Shown: positions 7,684-13,296 of the stretch, in pieces
Numbering within the stretch: the stretch's first letter is position 1
Layout: every line of letters starts with the position of its first letter
DNA from: Octopus sinensis
Taxonomy: Eukaryota
Assembly: GCF_006345805.1 (NCBI RefSeq)
Contig: NW_021826185.1
Span: 1-13,296, forward strand
Direction of reading: 5' to 3'
Length of the DNA: 13,296 nt
Translations under genes and position numbers: made by a program
The notes under the pieces: model-generated
Database searches by the model: none
Told to the model about the DNA's origin: nothing
Seen by the model: the letters and a program-made list of their open reading frames with translations, nothing else

Positions 7684-8279
7684 GAAATAAGATTAAGATT
7701 AATGTAAAAAATAAATAACACTGAAGCAAAATAACACCAAATATATAATGCGTGTGTTTTTATTGGCTAATCTGGCAAAATGACCATTCCGAAATATAAC
7801 AATATCTGTTTCAACACACGACTTCACATAAAAAATCTTGCACAACAAATATATAAACGTACTAAACTATGTTGTCTTCTTCAAATAACCTACAATCGTA
7901 TTCTTTCCATCATTTCTTTCTTCATATCTTTCTATCTTCATAACGCAAAACATTCTACCACCGTTCTCTGATAATATCTTTTTCTTGGTGCAATTTTACT
8001 TGTTATTAATTTTAGCGATTTAAAAAGATCTTTGGGGGCGCACATTATTGAATTTTTTTTTTCAATCACATCATAATTTTTTATTGATGTTTTCTTAAAC
8101 AATTTTCCTTTTTATTTTTATTATCATAGTTTGAATTTCACGGCTCAGATGTTGATATCGTTTTATATGATGTTATAACAATGCGAGGTTATATCTGTAT
8201 TGTTGTTTTGCAACAGATCTTAATCCGTCGGTTTTATCGAATTTCTCATCTGTCACCCACTTCAGTGATTTCGTTTCAT

Positions 8280-8736
8280 TCTCTTTCGCTTTCATCCTTT
8301 TCAGCCATCCGACTGCGGCCATGCTGGGGCAGCGATTTGAAGAGTTTTAGTTGAAGAAACCGACTCCAGTATTTATTTATTTTTGAAAGGCTGGTACTTA
8401 TTCTAGCGGTTTTTTTTGCCTAATTGGTAAATTACAACGACGTAAACAAACTAACACCGGTTGTCAAGCGATGGTGTTCGGGAACAAAAGCAAACACATC
8501 CACGCGGCCGCACACTCATACACACACACACACACACATGCACACACATACATATGTGTGGTTGAAACCGCCGGATTGAATTGGTACTGTCCAGGTATCG
8601 AAACCATAATGATATCCAGGGGGCAGCTGATGATGGATGTATGTTGGATTGTTGGTATGGCTGTTTTTGTATATGTGGAATAGTATCATTGGATTGTTGG
8701 TATGGCTGTGGAATAGTATTATAACGCATCCTTATG

Positions 8737-8807
<71 letters not shown>

Positions 8808-8970
8808 TGTGTGTGTACGATGGACTGCCTCACAGTTTCTATCTACCAATTTCACTCACAAGGTACAGGTCGGCCCGAGACTATAGAAAAAGATTTATCT
8901 AAGATGCTGCGCTGTGGAACTGATCCCGAAACCCCGTGGTTGTAAAAGAGCTTTGTTTACCACACATCCA
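8280..8970 (-). mobile_element. tRNA/CORE-type SINE (family 1, copy C), diverged, with about 180 bp of foreign sequence inside
   Basis: GACTGCGGCCATGCTGG, CACCGGTTGTCAAGCG, TCACTCACAAGG..GGTCGGCCCGAG.CTATAG and TTACCACAC are colinear with copy B; CA then GT microsatellites flank a non-SINE segment at 8558-8736. Confidence 0.85.
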
Positions 8971-9536
8971 AAATCCAAGGGAACACTTTATTGTATGAAG
9001 TTACTTGATAGAATAAAGTTTTTCTTGAGGGTCCGTTACGGTTGAGCATCCGTATGCGTTCAGGGTAATATAAAACTCTCCCTTCATAAGTCCCAAGTTA
9101 CTCCAGTGGTTACAAACAAAAATGGGGACGTTCATCATATCAGATGAATGACCAGGGAAGCATGTTCTGTGTATCGCATGTGATTCGCAAGACAAGCAAA
9201 AGCTTAAAGTGTCTTTCTCTTAGATTATATGTCTTCCAGTACTAAAAATTCCAATCTTGTTTGAGCGGGATTTTGAATACAAAGGCCTTAATTTCTTGCC
9301 TAGATATTTACCTATAACTAAAAGTACATTGTTGGCATCGTCAACCAGAGAATGTCTTTTCTTTGCGTCCGAGAGATCGCACGTGGTACTAAAACTCTAA
9401 ATATCTGTTCAGTGAATCATGAGCTTCGAACGAATAGACTTATTTATGATTGCATGACTGCTTCTTTGTACTCGGTTGACTAACAAATTACAAAGCGAAC
9501 ACCCACCAAATCATATACTTTATTCACTGTCTCAAA

Positions 9537-9947
9537 GGTGACGAGCTGGCAGAAACGTTAGCACGCCGGGCAAAATGCTTAGTGGTATTTCGTCTGCCGT
9601 TACGTTCTGAGTTCAAATTCCGCCGAGGTCGACTTTGCCTTTCATCCTTTCGGGGTCGATAAATTAAGTACCATTTACGCACTGGAGTCGATGTAATCGA
9701 CTTAATCCGTTTGTCTGTCCTTGATTGCCCTCTCTGTGTTTAGCCCCTTGTGGGTAGTAAAGAAATAGAAATAAGTATTTCGTCTGCTGTTACGTTCTGA
9801 GTTCAAATTCCGCCGAGGTCGACTTTGCCTTTCATCTTTTCGGAGTCGATAAATTAAGTACCAGTTACATACAGGGATCGATCTAATCGACTGGCGCCCA
9901 CCTCCCCAAAGATTTCGGACCTTGTGTCTAGAGTAGAAAAGAATATT
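9537..9947 (+). mobile_element. tRNA-derived SINE (family 3) with an internally duplicated body and two different tails
   Basis: Head GGTGACGAGCTGGCAGAAACGTTAGCACGCCGGG and B-box-like GAGTTCAAATTCC. The body GTATTTCGTCTGC...GATAAATTAAGTACCA starts at 9585 and again at 9775 (period 190 bp). Confidence 0.88.
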
Positions 9948-10609
9948 CGCCCTCTCATATTGAACATTTGCATAACACTTAGTTCAATTTGTACATCACC
10001 AAGGTGTTTGAACTTAATTATGTCATACTGCCATTACGTTGACAGATTATCCCCCTTGACAGTGAAAAGTTGATAAATACAACCGCTAGAGTAATCTCTT
10101 TCCACACATCCACATTGGCGAATGCACACACGCTGCCGGCCCAGTAACATCCAATCTCGTTCAATATTTAAAATTAAGTTTCTTTCAACGACATTTTCAA
10201 TTATCACTACCATTCAAAATTTCGGGAGCAAAAATACTGATAAACAAAGAGACAATTGTCCGTAATTTAATCTTTACTTTAAACAGATTCTACCCCTTTA
10301 ATTCAAAGCTTAGCCCTGTCAGATATTTCTTTCACTTCTCTCCCGTCCTTTTCACTCTTCTTTACTGAAGAAAATAAACTCACAATCACTCTAGAAAAAG
10401 ACAAAAACGAAAGCAACAATTTGGATTGGATTCCTCACCTTTCGAAAAGATAATTTCATTGTACGTTAAACTGCTTTATTCTGCGTCACATCTTTTTACA
10501 CCTGTAGCAAAAACAAGGATTAGGGCAAAAACAAAGCATTCTTGAAAATTGTTATCCTACAATTTTTAAACATAAAGCTTTGACAAGAGTCTATCAAAGC
10601 GAGTAATAG

Positions 10610-11051
10610 GGATCTTTTCGGTTTGAACGACAGTTTTTTCTAGCGGTGTCATATAAAAGAAATGTCCCCCCATAGTATGACCCTAGTCTCGATCTATTGC
10701 ATTCAATATCTTTTAGGGTGGGGTTAGATTTAGGTTTAGGTAGGGTTAGGGTTAGGGTGGGGAAGGGTATCTTTTTTTCTTCACAAATGTAAATAAACCC
10801 AATCTGTTTCTAAACGAGGGACACTTTCATACGGCACAGAATGTTTTCACCTCAATAGACGTCATTGATTGGTTGAATTGCAGAAATTGAAGAAAAACAG
10901 CAACAAATATCTTACAAACTATAGAATTTTCTCTCAATAAGCCAAGAGAAAAGATGTTTATAAACACATTCTACCGTAATACGAAGTTTAAAAAGTGTTT
11001 ATTACCGTGGTAATTATTTTAAAAAAACTGCCCGCCAAACGGAAAAGATCC
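10610..11051. mobile_element. 442-bp MITE with 30-bp imperfect TIRs and 8-bp TSD; Merlin-like termini
   Basis: Left GGATCTTTTCGGTTTGAACGACAGTTTTTT vs reverse complement of the right end GGATCTTTTCCGTTTGGCGGGCAGTTTTTT (25/30). Flanks AGTAATAG (10602-10609) and AGTAAGAG (11052-11059) match 7/8. 5'-GG termini with an 8-bp TSD fit Merlin/IS1016 better than hAT; the superfamily call is inference. Confidence 0.8.
10713..10767 (+). repeat. Telomere-like (TTAGGG)n degenerate array inside the MITE
   Basis: TTAGGG, TTAGAT, TTAGGT, TTAGGT, AGGG, TTAGGG, TTAGGG, TGGGG, AAGGG. Confidence 0.85.
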
Positions 11052-11337
11052 AGTAAGAGTATGTCTAGAGTCTATCTTCGTTTACTGCTTTACGATGTTG
11101 GAGGACTGACATACTTCATTTTGCGATTAAACTAAGGACCATTGTGAAGTACATACAGAAAGGTATGTCAAACGAGGCGTAAAGGAAGGGATCAATATGG
11201 CAGCAGGAGTAGTCTCAGAGTCTCCGATCCGAAACGAGACGATAGGGCGCAGCTGTTTGTGCGCTGGCTATTTGGCATGGCTGATTGGGCATTCAATTCA
11301 TGTGTGAGGAGAGTATGTTCAGGCGCTGGAAGCAAAC

Positions 11338-11342
11338 ACATG

Positions 11343-11376
<34 letters not shown>

Positions 11377-11495
11377 CACACACACGCTCACACACACGCA
11401 CACACACACACGCTCACACACACGCACACACACGCACACACACACACACACGCACGCACACACACACATGCACACACACACACACACACACACAC
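11338..11495. repeat. (CA)n microsatellite with CG/TG/CT variants
   Basis: Seen directly; it explains the ORFs at 11192-11536. Confidence 0.93.
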
Positions 11496-11643
11496 AGAAT
11501 ACAAATTTAAGTGTAACAAGATGCTCACACACATAAACTGAGAGAGGGGCAGAAGGGGAGTGGGGAGAGAAGGATATTACACATACATAAAAACAGAGAG
11601 AGAGGGGGAGGAGGGTCATGGGGATGGGTGGGATTGAGGGAGG

Positions 11644-12230
11644 GATATTAAAACGTTTGATGTCAATCAAAGAAGTCAACAATCGAATTAGTGATGCCAA
11701 ATGAGCGGCGCCACAACGGCTGTACCAAAACGTCTCATACCTCCCCAGCCAACTGCAGAGATATGTTGACCATTTTGCTGAGAGCTTGGAGTTTTTATAA
11801 GCCACTTGCTAACTCGCATTACGGCAAAATCACAGATAGGATCTGTTAGATGTCTTCAAGTACCAGGGTTTAATTAAAAAAATCTCAATCTCAGCTTAAT
11901 TCTTATGACCATTAAGGATAATTATTGTCTCGAGGCGGTGGAAAAGACCTACTCTCGTTTGGCCTTATCAACGTTAGATAGAATTAGTAAGGTGATTTTC
12001 ATCATGAGGTTTTTTGTGAGACGTTTTATCAATAATATGGAAGGTTTTCAAAATCTCCGTCAACAATTTATAACTAGTGTACCAAACTTGCTACCAGATG
12101 GAAGAACAGCACATTCAGAAAGCATTGATTGTGTTCCAAATCAGAACGGTAGACGTAGACTATGTATTTTCTTTGAGTAATTGCGAAATATTTCTTACTG
12201 ACCTTGTTGTTTGGAAAAGTTAGTCAAAGG
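11644..12230 (+). pseudogene. Frameshifted, internally deleted Helitron Rep/helicase (PIF1-like) fragment
   Basis: Motifs occur in Helitron order across changing frames: DIKTFD (11644), IELVMPNERRHNGC...TSPANCRDMLTILL (to 11780), DNYCLEAVEK (11917), LLPDGRTAHS (12088-12117), FLTDLVVW (to 12214). These compare with recalled RepHel motifs DIRTVD, LGLLEDD.EW..CL.EA...SP.QLR.LF.TILL, NYCL.EIEK, LLPGGRTAHS and LIIWDE. Matched by eye. Confidence 0.65.
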
Positions 12231-12446
12231 CACGAGATTGCATCAAGAGTTACTTGCTCTTGGCATGCAGTGTCTTTTCTGACACAAGGTAAGACAGCAG
12301 ATGCAGCATTCAAGCATCATACTTTTTGTTTTTTTAATAATTTGGCGATAAATGAATATGCTGTATGGAATTGTTGACGTATTAAGAATTTAAAAACTTC
12401 GGGAGAACGTGAAATAATTCTTTTTTTTTTCTTTTTTAGAACGGTA

Positions 12447-13082
12447 GCTTACTATCAATAAATAAATACTATAAGGCCCAGTCCAGTGATTTACTCAGAC
12501 ACCCCCACCGGTCTAGGGGCTCAATTCTGACCAATGTATGATGTAAGAAAAAAAGTTACCTTCTTGAGTCATACCGACTGATAAGGGCCGGTCTCATGGA
12601 GTATATGTTCACCACCTGGACAGGGGGACGCCGGTCCGTTGAAGGATTGGTCATTTTTGCCATCTGAGTGGAGAGAGAGTAACGCGAAATCAAGTATCTT
12701 GCTCAAGAACACAACGCGTCTCCCGGTCCAGGAATCGAAACCACAATCCCACGATCATGAGCCCAACAACCTAACCACTAAGCCACGCACCTCCAAAATT
12801 TATGCTGGGACTTCCTGTCAATAAATAAATATTTTAGGGACCAATGCACTTATTTGCCCGGGATGGCCCTGATTTAGGGGCTCGACTCTGATCTATGCAA
12901 ATTGTGATCTAATGTCAATAAATAAATTTCTTAGGGCCCAGTTCAGTGATTTATTTGGAACTCCCATGAGTCTAGGGGTCCAGCTCTTATCTCTGTGGCT
13001 TACTGTCAATAAATAAATAAATACTATGGGGCCCGATGCATTGATTTGTCCAAGGGCCAATAATGCTGTAAATTCGGCCCTG
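12447..13082. repeat. Four degenerate units of about 91-97 bp beginning TGTCAATAAATAAAT, interrupted by a SINE
   Basis: Unit starts at 12453, 12816, 12913 and 13004; shared pattern TCAATAAATAAAT...AGGGCCCA.T.CA.TGATTT...TAGGGG. Confidence 0.8.
12552..12794 (-). mobile_element. tRNA-derived SINE (family 2, copy 2), no LINE insertion, different 3' tail
   Basis: TGCTCAAGAACACAACGCGTC...GGAATCGAAAC.ACAATC..ACGATCATGA...CCTAACCACTAAGCCACGC matches 1739-1830. The tail AAGTTACCTTCTTGAGTCATACC differs from copy 1. Confidence 0.88.
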
Positions 13083-13296
13083 AAATTTACTGCACATCAC
13101 ATTGTCTAAAAATGAGTTGAGTGGCATTCAACTAGGGGTCTTAAAATCAACCCAAATACTCTGCTTCACTCAGAATCAGTAAGGATCTCTGCTGACAAAA
13201 ACATATCTGTAGCATAGCTAGGGACTACATCCCAAAGATTTAGACATTCTCTTTCTCGCCAGGAAATATTCCAGTCCTCATCAACTACTGACACAC

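Noticed and set aside
9214-9390. 59-codon open frame after a CTCTTAG acceptor-like site
   Set aside because: The open frame is phase 0 and incompatible with the phase-2 exon; the phase-2 reading stops after six codons; no family recognised.
10586-11076. AGAGTCTATC on both sides of the MITE (10586-10595, 11067-11076)
   Set aside because: Not adjacent to the termini; the 8-bp AGTAAKAG repeat is the better TSD.
11105-11168. Strong donor AAAG|GTATGT with a short phase-2-compatible open frame (TDILHFAIKLRTIVKYIQK)
   Set aside because: No convincing acceptor or polypyrimidine tract upstream, so it cannot be supported as the next exon without RNA data.
12447-13082. Repeat-spacer appearance suggesting a CRISPR array
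   Set aside because: Eukaryotic context, no cas genes, and the spacers are homologous to one another, so it is a satellite.

Overview
AT-rich, microsatellite-dense eukaryotic genomic DNA. The repeat families look like those I recall from Octopus genomes; this is recognition from memory, not a database result. Most long ORFs in the supplied track are translations of (TA)n, (CA)n, (GA)n or (CAT)n and are not genes. Three ORFs carry real protein signal: (1) a + strand spliced exon at 7248-7508 of an unidentified, probably secreted or membrane protein, with a candidate 8-nt first coding exon at 2963-2970; (2) the C-terminal end of a CR1-type LINE ORF2 (1401-1643, -) inserted into a SINE; (3) a frameshifted Helitron Rep/helicase fossil (about 11644-12230, +). 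The rest is tRNA-derived SINEs of three families, a 442-bp MITE with telomere-like repeats, a 65-bp hAT-like relic, a probable non-autonomous Helitron 5' end, two degenerate minisatellites and a degenerate minimal hammerhead ribozyme (7639-7683). No CRISPR, rRNA or true tRNA gene was seen. I cannot demonstrate a new biological system. The best leads are the intronic hammerhead, the orphan signal-peptide gene and the nested LINE-in-SINE whose empty site is visible in the same window.
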